A stretch of DNA of 64,000 bases, from the NCBI GenBank assembly GCA_964573095.1, contig CAZNIK010000001.1:56507-120506 (forward strand), read 5' to 3'. The notes under the pieces were generated by a model that ran no database searches, was not told the DNA's origin, and was given only the letters and a program-made list of their open reading frames with translations. Positions 46,143 through 56,199 of the stretch are shown in pieces. Position 1 is the first letter of the stretch. Every line of letters starts with the position of its first letter. The position numbers and the translations under genes were made by a program. This DNA comes from an uncultured Candidatus Saccharibacteria bacterium (GTDB lineage: Bacteria; Patescibacteriota; Saccharimonadia; Saccharimonadales; 2-12-FULL-41-12).

Positions 46143-46943
46143 CTAGGACAGCTCAATGCTGACTGGGCAGTGATCAGAGCCCATTACGCTGGGGTGTATT
46201 TGTCCATCAGATACTTTATTTTTTAGGCTTTTTGAAACCATTATGTAGTCTATGCGCCAGCCAACGTTTCGAGCACGGGCGTTCGCCCAGTGCGTCCACC
46301 AAGTGTAATGACCATTCCCTTTGGTGAATTGCCGGAAGGTGTCGACAAATCCAGCGTCGATAAAATTTTGGAAGCCCTCTCGCTCCTCGTCTGTAAAACC
46401 GTGTTTTCCGACATTTGGTTTTGGGTTTGCCAGGTCATCCTCAGTGTGCGCAACATTGAGGTCGCCCATGAAAATCACTGGCTTTTTTTGCTCGAGTTGC
46501 TTCATGTAGTCCAGGAAAGCCTTGTCCCATGCTTCATGTCGCAGCTTAAGGCGCGTCAAATCGCCCTTGGAATTGGGGGTGTAGACACTCACAATATAGA
46601 ACTCTGGAAATTCAGCCGCAATAATTCGCCCTTCCCTGGTCGGGTCGCCGTAGGTATCGGATATGTCGCCGTATTTTTTTGTGATTGACTGCGGGAAGTC
46701 GTTGATAACCGACAACGGTTTTATTTTCGTAAATATAGCCGTTCCAGAATAGCCTCGCTTTTCGGCGCTGTTCCAGTATTCAATATAGTCTGGGAGGTCT
46801 ACTTCAGACTGATCAGCAAGGGCTTTGGTTTCTTGCAGGCACAAAATATCTGGTTGATGATCATTAATAAACGGCAAAAATAGCCCTTTGTTATGCACTG
46901 CCCGAATGCCATTGACGTTCCAAGAATATATTTTCATTGCCAC
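46143..46943 (-). CDS. xth: Exodeoxyribonuclease III
   Basis: SWNVNGIRA, LCLQETK, GYSGTA, GDLNVAH, GWRIDY, GSDHCPV. Confidence 0.97.
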   Translation of the reverse strand: MAMKIYSWNVNGIRAVHNKGLFLPFINDHQPDILCLQETKALADQSEVDLPDYIEYWNSAEKRGYSGTAIFTKIKPLSVINDFPQSITKKYGDISDTYGDPTREGRIIAAEFPEFYIVSVYTPNSKGDLTRLKLRHEAWDKAFLDYMKQLEQKKPVIFMGDLNVAHTEDDLANPKPNVGKHGFTDEEREGFQNFIDAGFVDTFRQFTKGNGHYTWWTHWANARARNVGWRIDYIMVSKSLKNKVSDGQIHPSVMGSDHCPVSIELS

Positions 46944-47001
46944 TCACCTCTTTGCTGCGATTGTAGCACGATACGGTGTTTGCTACACTAAGCCGTTAGA
47001 T

Positions 47002-47709
47002 ATGGCATACAGAAGAGTACTTTTAAAGCTGTCTGGTGAACAACTTGCCGGAAAATATGACAATGGTATTGACCCAGATCGAGCTAAGTACTTTGCGCAC
47101 GAAGTAAAAAAGGTTGCCGAAGGCGGCACCGAGGTTTTGATAATGATCGGTGGCGGAAATTTTGTTCGTGGCGCCCAAACTGCGGGACATGGTATTCGCC
47201 GGGTGACTGCCGATCAAATGGGTATGTTAGCAACCTTAATCAATGCGCTTGCCCTCACAGACATATTTGAAAGCGAGGGTGTAAAAACCCGCTGTCTTAG
47301 TAGTATTTTTGCCCAACAAGTCGCGGAGCCTTTTGTATATCGCCTTGCCAACAAGCACCTAGAAAAAGGTCGTGTCGTAATTGCTGCAGGAGGCACCGGC
47401 AGGCCGTATATGACGACCGACACAGCGGCGGTATCTCTTGCGCTTGAACTCGACTGCGAGATTGTCCTAAAAGCAACAAAAGTTGACGGAGTATATGATA
47501 AGGACCCCAAGAAATATTCTGAAGCGAAGCGCTTCGAGGCCCTCACCTACCAACAGGCCGTTGAAGACTCGAACATCAAAGTGATGGATAAAGCCGCGAT
47601 GGGCCTTGCCATGGAGCAAGGAATGAAACTTATCATTTTTAACGCAATGCAAGAAGGCGCAATTTCTCGGGCAGTATCTGGTGGAGAAGTCGGTACCACA
47701 ATACGCTAA
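47002..47709 (+). CDS. pyrH: UMP kinase
   Basis: RVLLKLSGE, GGGNFVRG, ADQMGMLAT, TTDTAA, VDGVYDKDP, VMD; ATG 47002. Confidence 0.97.
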   Translation: MAYRRVLLKLSGEQLAGKYDNGIDPDRAKYFAHEVKKVAEGGTEVLIMIGGGNFVRGAQTAGHGIRRVTADQMGMLATLINALALTDIFESEGVKTRCLSSIFAQQVAEPFVYRLANKHLEKGRVVIAAGGTGRPYMTTDTAAVSLALELDCEIVLKATKVDGVYDKDPKKYSEAKRFEALTYQQAVEDSNIKVMDKAAMGLAMEQGMKLIIFNAMQEGAISRAVSGGEVGTTIR

Positions 47710-47730
47710 TCTTGGCCTGGAGATTGTTAT

Positions 47731-48459
47731 ATGAAAAAAATACTGATCGTTCAAGTTCGACCGGAGGATGAAGCTGCCGACAACGAACTCGAAGCGTTTT
47801 TAAAATTTGGACAATTATCGAGCGATGCAATCCACAGAGTGCAGGCTGACAGAGAGGCTATGGGAGATATTGACCTTTCTAACTATGCGGCCGTTATTGT
47901 CGGTGGTGGACCTCTCAACGTCAGCGACGCCGAAAAATCCGAACAAGCGATGCGAGCGGAGCAAGATATATTCGCGCTGCTTGATAAAGTTGTTGAGCAT
48001 GACTTTCCGTTTTTGGGGGCGTGTTATGGCTTCGGTGCGCTTGTGGCACACCAGCGTGCCATGGTGTCAAAGGAGCAGTATAGTGAGGATGTTGGCGCTA
48101 TTACGATTGTGCGAACCCGCGACGGCGACAGGGATCCACTGTTAAAAAATCTACCAGCAGAATTTCGGGCATTTGGCGGGCACAAAGAAGCCTGCCAGAC
48201 CCTTCCCTACAGTGCAACGCTACTTGCGGGGTCTGAAAACTGCCCCGTACAAATGATTCGAATTAAAAATAATATCTATGCTACTCAGTTTCATCCCGAG
48301 CTTGATACCAATGGAATTGTCCTACGAATCAACGTCTATCGTCACGCAGGCTATTTTCCTCCAGAACAGGCTGATGAACTTATTGCGACTGTAAAAAAAG
48401 AAGTCGTTAGCTTCCCGCCCGTAATTCTGGAAAATTTTATGGCCCGCTACCGCATATAA
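47731..48459 (+). CDS. Class I glutamine amidotransferase
   Basis: FLGACYG nucleophile, ATQFHPE. Confidence 0.9.
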   Translation: MKKILIVQVRPEDEAADNELEAFLKFGQLSSDAIHRVQADREAMGDIDLSNYAAVIVGGGPLNVSDAEKSEQAMRAEQDIFALLDKVVEHDFPFLGACYGFGALVAHQRAMVSKEQYSEDVGAITIVRTRDGDRDPLLKNLPAEFRAFGGHKEACQTLPYSATLLAGSENCPVQMIRIKNNIYATQFHPELDTNGIVLRINVYRHAGYFPPEQADELIATVKKEVVSFPPVILENFMARYRI

Positions 48460-48566
48460 ATTCGGAAATTATTGGCGGTACATTTGATTCTGGAATTTTC
48501 CACCTGTTTTGCTTCTTACATCTCTCCATCAAAATGAGACACGGCCTAAGCTCGCACAATCCATTT

Positions 48567-48595
48567 TTGACAGATGCAGGTCTATGTACTATAGT
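48567..48595 (+). promoter_or_regulatory. Sigma-70 promoter
   Basis: TTGACA-17 nt-TATAGT. Confidence 0.75.
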
Positions 48596-48655
48596 ATATG
48601 ATATTTAAGCAGTTTAATTCAAAGACCTCTATGGTTTAAGGAGTAAGTACTCGCG

Positions 48656-49585
48656 ATGGAATTCAAAGTTAATGGTTTGAAGGTAGAAATTAACCCAGCA
48701 GAACTACATGATGATCAGCTCACTGGTCTTGCCCAAGAAGTGTTTACGACAGCCAACGAACGAGGCTTAGAACTGCCTGTTGTGAGTGGTGCTCTCGCAG
48801 TTGAAGGTGTGATGCGCACTGCTGTGGTCGCAGAAACTCATGAGTCCGCGGAGGTGAAAGAAACCATCGCTGGTCTACTCTCTCCAGCATACAGTGGATT
48901 TCAAGCCACCGTAGCACAAATAAATATGAGCCGTAAGAAAAAAGAACTATTTGGGAAAAAGGAACAACTTACCGTTGTCGATCAAGAAACTGTAGCAGCT
49001 GAATTTGCGGAATGGTTTGATCAAGGCCGGCTTGCCTACGTTGCCAGAGCTATGGAAGCGAACCCAAGATTTACTTGGACTCTCTTGGCTATTCCAAATG
49101 AAACCGTCACCGCGGATGAATATCTAGCAGGCACACGAAGATTTGGGGAGAGCCAACCACTCCCAACAAAAATTTTTTCTAACATAGTTAAGCAATATAC
49201 TGCTCAAGAAATCTCTGGCACTAACCCATCTAACGGGAAAGCCGTTAAATTTAAGCTCGTGCCGAACAAGTATAGTCCCGAAATCTACGGCAATGTTGCT
49301 ACGCAGAAAGCGCAGTTGGCTGAGCATCAAGCAGAAACCCCGTTCTTAGAAGCCACCACCCCCCTAGAAGACTTAACCTGGATAAATACCAAGAGAGCGA
49401 GTGGCGATAAACTAGTTGGTTCCCAAACGACTCACGCTACCTATATGCGTAACATTACCTTAGAACCCAAGCGCATAGATGGGCGGACATGCGTGCCAGA
49501 CCTGTTTGTTAATGACGATGGCACACTGTGTGTTGATGGCTCGAGTGTCCAGCGCAGCAGCGGCGTTCGCCTCTCAATAGGGTAA
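48656..49585 (+). CDS. Hypothetical protein with CLec-like C-terminal motif
   Basis: AAGGAG SD; ends VP...DG.....GVRLSIG. Confidence 0.75.
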   Translation: MEFKVNGLKVEINPAELHDDQLTGLAQEVFTTANERGLELPVVSGALAVEGVMRTAVVAETHESAEVKETIAGLLSPAYSGFQATVAQINMSRKKKELFGKKEQLTVVDQETVAAEFAEWFDQGRLAYVARAMEANPRFTWTLLAIPNETVTADEYLAGTRRFGESQPLPTKIFSNIVKQYTAQEISGTNPSNGKAVKFKLVPNKYSPEIYGNVATQKAQLAEHQAETPFLEATTPLEDLTWINTKRASGDKLVGSQTTHATYMRNITLEPKRIDGRTCVPDLFVNDDGTLCVDGSSVQRSSGVRLSIG

Positions 49586-49896
49586 AACCCTTATATATCT
49601 TATAGTTTGTTTGTTTTTTTCTTTTATTCTTTTAATGCAGTGCTTTCAAGGTGCAATAATTCTTGAGTAACAGCGGCGCAGATTTTTGCCTGCCTTAGGC
49701 ACTCGCTGGCTCGCTCAGTTGTCCAGCTGTCTTCGGTAGCCAGCTGCGGCGAGGAACAGGGGTAGCGGCTCTCCATCGCGTTTCGTAAGAGGGCTGCTGT
49801 TCCATATATAGATTTATTAAACTATATTATAAGCAATAAGTCAATTTTTATTCTGTAACGTAGTTCACTTTGGCTTCCAATTCAGATTTTCAATTT

Positions 49897-49988
49897 TGGC
49901 GGAGAGAGAGGGATTCGAACCCTCGGTACGTATTGCTACGCACACACGCTTTCCAAGCGTGCTCCTTCAACCGCTCGGACACCTCTCC
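49897..49988 (-). tRNA. tRNA-Ser (GGA)
   Basis: Reverse complement GGAGAGG...CACGC-TTGGAAA-GCGTG...GGTTCGAATCC...GCCA with long variable arm. Confidence 0.97.
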
Positions 49989-50256
49989 TCGTCGAAACAA
50001 TCTAAAAAGCTCGTTAATTTTGGCTGATATTTCATGTAAGCCAAAACACACTGAGCTTATCGATGCTTCTCCTCTAAAAATTGTAAACAGACTCGCCGTG
50101 GTTTACAATTTTTTATTTTTAATCCAAGAATTATTCGACTACATACTCAACCAAAAATACTACAAAACCATAAACGGATAAAAATTACCACATTATCTTC
50201 TTGCGAGAGGTGTTCAACTCAGCGTAGACTAGTAGGTAGTAGATAAATCAAAAACT

Positions 50257-51147
50257 ATGGCTACAATTCAACTTAAAGACGTATCGAAACTATACGGCTT
50301 CGGCGACGCAACTACCATCGCGCTTGAAGACGTAACCCTTGAAGTTAACAAGGGTGAATTTGTCGCGATCATGGGTCCCAGTGGCTCTGGGAAATCAACC
50401 CTTATGAACATGATTGGTTTGCTGGATCGGCCCACCCACGGTGTGTATAGGCTCGATGGTCGCTCGGTCGAGAAACTCCGTTCCAATGCTCGGGCCAAAG
50501 CCAGACGAGACAAAATTGGCTTTGTGTTCCAGTCCCCTAGTCTCTTGCCTGGACTAAGTGTGCTCGAGAATGTTGCGTTGCCACTGGCCTACCGTGGAAA
50601 GTCGTTGACCAGAAGAAATCGCTTAGCCTTTGAAATGCTGGATAGAGTTGGACTTGCAAACCGCGCCTATTTTTCCCCGCGACAGCTTAGCGGTGGGCAG
50701 TTTCAAAGAGCAGTGATTGCTCGAGCGCTCATTAACGGCCCCCAAGTAATTATTGCTGATGAACCAACTGGAAACCTCGACAGTATTTCTTCGAGACTGG
50801 TCATGGAGCTTTTGCGTGAAATACATCAAATGGGTAACACCATATTGATGGTGACCCACAACCCAGAATTGACTCGATATGCAACCAGGGTCCTTTACAT
50901 GAACGATGGAAATATTATTCGAGATGAAGAAACCCGTCTTGGTGAAGTTTCTAAAGTACCAAAAGAAGAAGAAAAAAAAGAAGTGATGGATTTGGAGGAA
51001 GAAGATCTCGCCAATGTGTCAGCAATAATGAGCGAAATACCAGACGCACAACCACAAGCTCCGCAGCGAAAAAAGCCAATAAAAAAAGCCAGAAACTTGC
51101 CGAAAAGAAAGCGCAATCGTAAAGCGAAAGGCGTAGTTAGGCGATGA
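50257..51147 (+). CDS. ABC ATP-binding protein, MacB/LolD family
   Basis: GPSGSGKSTL, IGFVFQ, LSGGQ, ADEPTGNLD. Confidence 0.95.
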   Translation: MATIQLKDVSKLYGFGDATTIALEDVTLEVNKGEFVAIMGPSGSGKSTLMNMIGLLDRPTHGVYRLDGRSVEKLRSNARAKARRDKIGFVFQSPSLLPGLSVLENVALPLAYRGKSLTRRNRLAFEMLDRVGLANRAYFSPRQLSGGQFQRAVIARALINGPQVIIADEPTGNLDSISSRLVMELLREIHQMGNTILMVTHNPELTRYATRVLYMNDGNIIRDEETRLGEVSKVPKEEEKKEVMDLEEEDLANVSAIMSEIPDAQPQAPQRKKPIKKARNLPKRKRNRKAKGVVRR

Positions 51148-52373
51148 TGATCTCAGAAAATGTGAAGATGGCCCTTGCGTCTATTCGATCCGCCAGGCTG
51201 AGAAGTTTTTTTACTATGCTTGGGATAATCATTGCGGTAGTGAGCGTGGTAACAATTGTCAGTTTGGGTGAGGGAGTAAAAAAGCGGGTCCTTGGGCAAA
51301 TCAGTCACGCTGGAAACAGTGTAATTACCGTAAAACCTGGCAAGTTAGTGAACCGTAGCGTGAATGGTGAGATTCAGAGCATTAATTTACTCGCCCCGCA
51401 AACAACATCCACCATCACCAATAAAGACATCGAATCCATTACGAATACTGATGGTGTGCAAGCGGTGGCACCAATGAGTTTTGTGAGCGGTGTGGCCAAG
51501 GCGAATGGCTCAACCTTTAATGATGGCGTGGTTATCGCCACCAGCAATCAATATCCCCGCGTTACCTCTCAAAAGGTAGAATTTGGGTCGTTTTTCACAA
51601 GCGATGAGAGTGACAATCGATCGATTGTAGTTGGGGCTGGGGTCGCAGAAAAACTATTTAAGGAGTTTGTGCCGATAGGCAGCACAGTCAAGATCAGAGA
51701 TCAGTCATTCATTGTCAAGGGCGTATTCGAAAGATTACCGAGTGACCCCACTGCGGGGGGCATAAACTATAACAATGCCCTGTTTATTACCCGAGATGCT
51801 GCCAAAACAATTTCCGAAAATCAGCCCGCAGTCTACCAAGTTCTTGTGCAGCCGAGTCCCACTACCAACGCTTCTGAGCTGACTTCTAGGGTGAACGAAC
51901 GACTTATGAGCAACCACGACGGGGCGGTTGATTTTACTGTCTTGAGCCCAGAGGAGACAGTCGCGGTTACAAATAATGTCTTGGACATCATTACAACTGC
52001 AACTGCTGTGATAGCAATAATCTCCCTTCTTGTGGGTGGTGTGAGCATAATGAACGTCATGCTTGTTTCGGTTAGTGAGCGCTCGAGAGAAATTGGGATA
52101 CGAAAAGCGATTGGTGCGACCGATAGACAGATTCGACAACAATTCTTGATTGAATCTGCAGTCTTGTCGATCTGGGGCGCATTGGTAGGAATACTAGTCG
52201 CAGTAACGATCAACATAGCTTTGCTTGTTTCCACGAATTTACAACCCGTAATTACCTGGCAACCAGTAGTGATTGCGGTCGTTGTGTCAATTTCGGTCGG
52301 AATTGTGTTTGGGGTTGTACCAGCAATAAAGGCTTCGAAAAAAGACCCAATTGAGGCACTTCGACCTAACTAG
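51144..52373 (+). CDS. ABC permease, MacB family
   Basis: RSFFTMLGIII, VGGVSIMNVMLVSVSERSREIGIRKAIGA, DPIEALR. Confidence 0.95.
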   Translation: MMISENVKMALASIRSARLRSFFTMLGIIIAVVSVVTIVSLGEGVKKRVLGQISHAGNSVITVKPGKLVNRSVNGEIQSINLLAPQTTSTITNKDIESITNTDGVQAVAPMSFVSGVAKANGSTFNDGVVIATSNQYPRVTSQKVEFGSFFTSDESDNRSIVVGAGVAEKLFKEFVPIGSTVKIRDQSFIVKGVFERLPSDPTAGGINYNNALFITRDAAKTISENQPAVYQVLVQPSPTTNASELTSRVNERLMSNHDGAVDFTVLSPEETVAVTNNVLDIITTATAVIAIISLLVGGVSIMNVMLVSVSERSREIGIRKAIGATDRQIRQQFLIESAVLSIWGALVGILVAVTINIALLVSTNLQPVITWQPVVIAVVVSISVGIVFGVVPAIKASKKDPIEALRPN

Positions 52374-52417
52374 TTGTGTGGCGCTGATGAATCCCCGCGT
52401 GGACTTGATTGAGAAGT

Positions 52418-55276
52418 CTAGTGTATGAGTTGCTTTTTACGAGCAAGCAAAGTGATTGTTAGTGAGGCAACGAGCGCGAGTAGTGTACTCGCAGGGCCGA
52501 CACCTGCAGCCGTGAGTGCAATGCTGAGAGCCACAAAAACGGCAATTGTAAGTAACACGAACGTTCGAGAGAAGCGATATCGTATGAACTCACTCCCAAG
52601 GTAGTAATACGGGAACACCGTGATTACCAGGAAGGTGCTCGACAGTAAGCCGCCAATAAGCACTACCGCAAGTCCTTCCCAGAACGGACTCATTATTGCC
52701 AGAGGTATCAATGATCCAACTGCGGTAAGGCTGGTTGCGATCAGTGGGCGGAATCGCTCGGCAAGGGCCTCGTGTGCGGCATCAACGGCGCCCATGCCCG
52801 CCGCTCTCGATTGATTGGCGTAATCAGTCAGCAGGATGGTATTTTTTATGCTCAAACCGATGAGGGCGAAGAATCCGAGCATTGCGAAGAAGCTAAAGGC
52901 ATTGTCTGTGAGATACAGTCCGAGGGTAATCCCGAAGAGGCTAAACGGTATTGCCAAAAAGATAAGCAGTGGCTGGAATAGGCTTTTGAACTGGAATGAC
53001 AGTAGCAGATATATGACAAATAGCAATGCGGGGAATGCAATTGCCAGTGTTTTGAAGCTGTCCTGGTTTTCTTCTTCTTGGCCAATGCTAAAACTGACCG
53101 CGTCTTTATTTAGACCATAGCTCGCCACTCGGTTTTCGTTGAATTCTTTTTTGATTGCGTTTTGGCCGAGTGTCACAAGCGTGGTGGTGTCGTCGTCAAC
53201 AAATTTTGCTTGGACCTCGACAAATTGTTTCCCGTCGTCTCTGGTGTAGATACTTGGGTTGACTACCGATACCGATTCTATTTTTGCCTGGCTCCCATCA
53301 ACGCGCTCGAGTTTTGCGCTGTTAAGGTAGGTTGCGATGTCCTGCGCGAGTTTTAGGGCGGCGGGTCGGTCTTTCGTGCTATCAATTCGTACTCCAAATG
53401 GTGAAGCGGGTGGACCAGCGCTTAACTGATCAACGCTCACCTTTGCGTCGTTGAAGTTGCGAAAACTATTCTCAAGCTGATTTACGATTTCGGGCGACTT
53501 GATATCTCTTTTGTTGTAGTCAATTAATTCGACTTGCAATAGGGCGCTTTGTATATTGGCTTGACCGAAGTAGGACGCTTTTACAAAATTTGCATTTAGC
53601 TCTTTGCCAACAATTGTGTCGGCTCGATCAGTAATATTCTGCGCCTGCTCGATAGTGGTATTGGGTGGGAAAGTCAGCGTGACACTGATTTGCGTCGAGT
53701 CTTTATCTGGCGGGAAAATATTAAAGGTTACTTTTTGAAACAAAAAACCGCCTGCCATGATAAAACCTAACCCAATAAACACAGCTCCCATTCCGACACC
53801 GACAAGTTTCTTTCTCGAGCCTTTTGCCCAGAGCATTGGTGTTGAGATGATGCGGGCAATTTTTTCCTCGATACCGGCAGAAACTTCACGGACGTTCTCC
53901 CCCATTTGCTTTTTGCCAAGCAGCAAGAATCGTGCAAATAAAGGAATAAATATCAGTGCCACAAACAGGCTTATTACCAGCGCCATAATAATTGTGATGG
54001 GTATGGCTCGAATAAAGCCACCCAAAATTCCGCCTACAAATATTAGTGGCGCAAAACTTAGTGCTGCGGTGGATGTTGCGGCAACCATTGCGCGACTTAT
54101 CTTCCGTGTTGCGATCGACACAGCTTTTCTGCCCGATTTTTGTTTTTTTCTTTCGGAGTCAATAGCCTCGACCATAATAATGGTGTCGTCGACGATTAGT
54201 GCCAGTCCCAAGATCAGCGCGAAGAGCGTAATGGTGTTAAGCGAATAACCGATTAGATACATGATGCCGTTTACGGTTGCGAGCACAGTAATCATGGCGA
54301 TGACTGTGATGATGGAAGCACGGATAGCGATAACGATCGAGCCGACCACCAATACTGCGATTAGGCCCTCGAGCAACGCTTTTTGAAGTTCGTTCACCTG
54401 CATCACAATTCCTGGAGCGTAACTGGCGCTAATCGTTGCTTGGAACCCCTTAAACTCTGGATTGGCGTTTAGTGCATCAACTGCTGCTTGCACTTGCTTG
54501 TCTAGAGCAATATTGTCAGCCCCTTGCTTAGCTTGAATTCCTATGACTGCCGAGTTGTAGAATCGGTTTTTTTCGTCTTGTCTTTGGCCGAATCTATCAA
54601 AACTGTTTTGAGCCGATTCGCTTTGGCCGGTAGCGGGATTTGTAGCTGTTTCAAACTGATCAATAACCGAAATACTCTCGACTAAGTCAAGGTTTTTGCT
54701 GTTTAGGAACTCACTTGCCTTTTTTGCCCTTTCAACAATGGTCGCTGTCGGAACGTTGGGATCTTGAGAGTAGAAGGACACCACCATATCGTCGCCGCGT
54801 TGAGTAAACCCAAACTTAAAGGCTTCAACTTTTGCTGTTGCTTGATCTGGGATGACGTTTGCTGCGTCAAGATTTTTTTGTATCTCTCGGCTCTTGTTTT
54901 CGGCATTCACATCATCCTTATATGACACGATTGCGTTATAGAAGTTGTCAAAGCTTTGAGTTTGTACCGACTTAACGCCGTCTTGTTTCAGTAAGAAATC
55001 ACTTAGTGGTTTTGCAACTTCTTTGTCGACTTTTACAGGGTCGTTTACCAGGTACGTTCCTTGAGTAACAGCAAATGGAGAGTTGACACTGGGAAAGCCC
55101 TCTCGCTGCAGTAGTGTGGTGTAGCTCAACGCACCGAAGACAGTAATAATGAGCCAAATAAGCGCAGTTGTTCTCGGACGGTCAAAAAAGAAAAGACTCA
55201 GTCGCTGGAGTGGTTTTAGCTGTGTGCTACTTTCGGATGCTCTTGCTGAACTACGACGTTTAGGTTTTTTAGCCAC
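52418..55276 (-). CDS. RND efflux transporter permease (AcrB family)
   Basis: LQREGFP, GLALIVDDTIIMVE, KNTILLTD, RFRPLIATSLT. Confidence 0.9.
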   Translation of the reverse strand: MAKKPKRRSSARASESSTQLKPLQRLSLFFFDRPRTTALIWLIITVFGALSYTTLLQREGFPSVNSPFAVTQGTYLVNDPVKVDKEVAKPLSDFLLKQDGVKSVQTQSFDNFYNAIVSYKDDVNAENKSREIQKNLDAANVIPDQATAKVEAFKFGFTQRGDDMVVSFYSQDPNVPTATIVERAKKASEFLNSKNLDLVESISVIDQFETATNPATGQSESAQNSFDRFGQRQDEKNRFYNSAVIGIQAKQGADNIALDKQVQAAVDALNANPEFKGFQATISASYAPGIVMQVNELQKALLEGLIAVLVVGSIVIAIRASIITVIAMITVLATVNGIMYLIGYSLNTITLFALILGLALIVDDTIIMVEAIDSERKKQKSGRKAVSIATRKISRAMVAATSTAALSFAPLIFVGGILGGFIRAIPITIIMALVISLFVALIFIPLFARFLLLGKKQMGENVREVSAGIEEKIARIISTPMLWAKGSRKKLVGVGMGAVFIGLGFIMAGGFLFQKVTFNIFPPDKDSTQISVTLTFPPNTTIEQAQNITDRADTIVGKELNANFVKASYFGQANIQSALLQVELIDYNKRDIKSPEIVNQLENSFRNFNDAKVSVDQLSAGPPASPFGVRIDSTKDRPAALKLAQDIATYLNSAKLERVDGSQAKIESVSVVNPSIYTRDDGKQFVEVQAKFVDDDTTTLVTLGQNAIKKEFNENRVASYGLNKDAVSFSIGQEEENQDSFKTLAIAFPALLFVIYLLLSFQFKSLFQPLLIFLAIPFSLFGITLGLYLTDNAFSFFAMLGFFALIGLSIKNTILLTDYANQSRAAGMGAVDAAHEALAERFRPLIATSLTAVGSLIPLAIMSPFWEGLAVVLIGGLLSSTFLVITVFPYYYLGSEFIRYRFSRTFVLLTIAVFVALSIALTAAGVGPASTLLALVASLTITLLARKKQLIH

Positions 55277-55359
55277 AATACCACTCCCCGATTATCATTC
55301 TTGTTATGAATGATATCAGAGATTACTTCATGTTCTCAACTAATTGGCGTGAAGTTCTG

Positions 55360-56073
55360 CTATCTGTATTCTGGATTTTCGAAGTCAAATCGCGCCCCAG
55401 CATCCCACTCACTTCTCTGGTTGCCAAATGCTGGCAGTCCGCCATTGTCCTTAATAAGTTTTGCGAGATGCAGGAGATTCCACGTCATAAATGTGGTATT
55501 TCGATTGGTAAAATCATTATTTAATCCCCCACCCTTAGGGTCTAAGTAGCTTGGTCCAGGGCCAGCTTCGCCAATCCACCCCGCATCGGCTTGCGGTGGG
55601 ATGGTGTAGCCTAGGTGCTGCAGGCTGTAGAGGACGTTCATTGCGCAGTGCTTAATGCCATCCTCGTTTCCGGTAATGAGGCAGCCTCCCACTCGTCCAT
55701 AGTACGCGTATTGTCCGTGTGCATTTAGTATTGATGAGTTTGCGTATAGCCGCTCGATAACTTTTTTCATTTCACTACTGTTGTCCCCGAGCCAAATCGG
55801 GCCCGCAAGCACTAAAATGTCAGCTGCCATTACTTTGGATTGAATCTTTGGCCAGTCATCTTTTTTAAAGCCATGCCCTGTCATGTCTGGGTATACACCG
55901 GGAGCAATAGTGTGATCCACCGAACGAATGACAGTAGTTTTTACACCATGCTTCTCCATGATTGATTTACTTATACGGATAAGTCCCTCGGTATTGCTGA
56001 CTTGTGGAGAGGGTTTTAAAGTCGCATTGATAAAAACTGCTGACAGGTCACTAAAGTCATATTTTTTGCCCAC
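55360..56073 (-). CDS. Flavodoxin-fold NADPH-dependent FMN reductase family
   Basis: NATLKPSP, ADILVLAGPIWLG, ITGNEDG. Confidence 0.88.
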   Translation of the reverse strand: MGKKYDFSDLSAVFINATLKPSPQVSNTEGLIRISKSIMEKHGVKTTVIRSVDHTIAPGVYPDMTGHGFKKDDWPKIQSKVMAADILVLAGPIWLGDNSSEMKKVIERLYANSSILNAHGQYAYYGRVGGCLITGNEDGIKHCAMNVLYSLQHLGYTIPPQADAGWIGEAGPGPSYLDPKGGGLNNDFTNRNTTFMTWNLLHLAKLIKDNGGLPAFGNQRSEWDAGARFDFENPEYR

Positions 56074-56199
56074 GACTATTCTCCCTTACGCCTTATGCCT
56101 AAAGTTAATTCTCTTCCTTTTCGCGTGCAGAGTCAATTGAGATCACCAAGATGCATGTTTGTGGTAAAAATATAATACCTATGCCATAATATACTTTTT

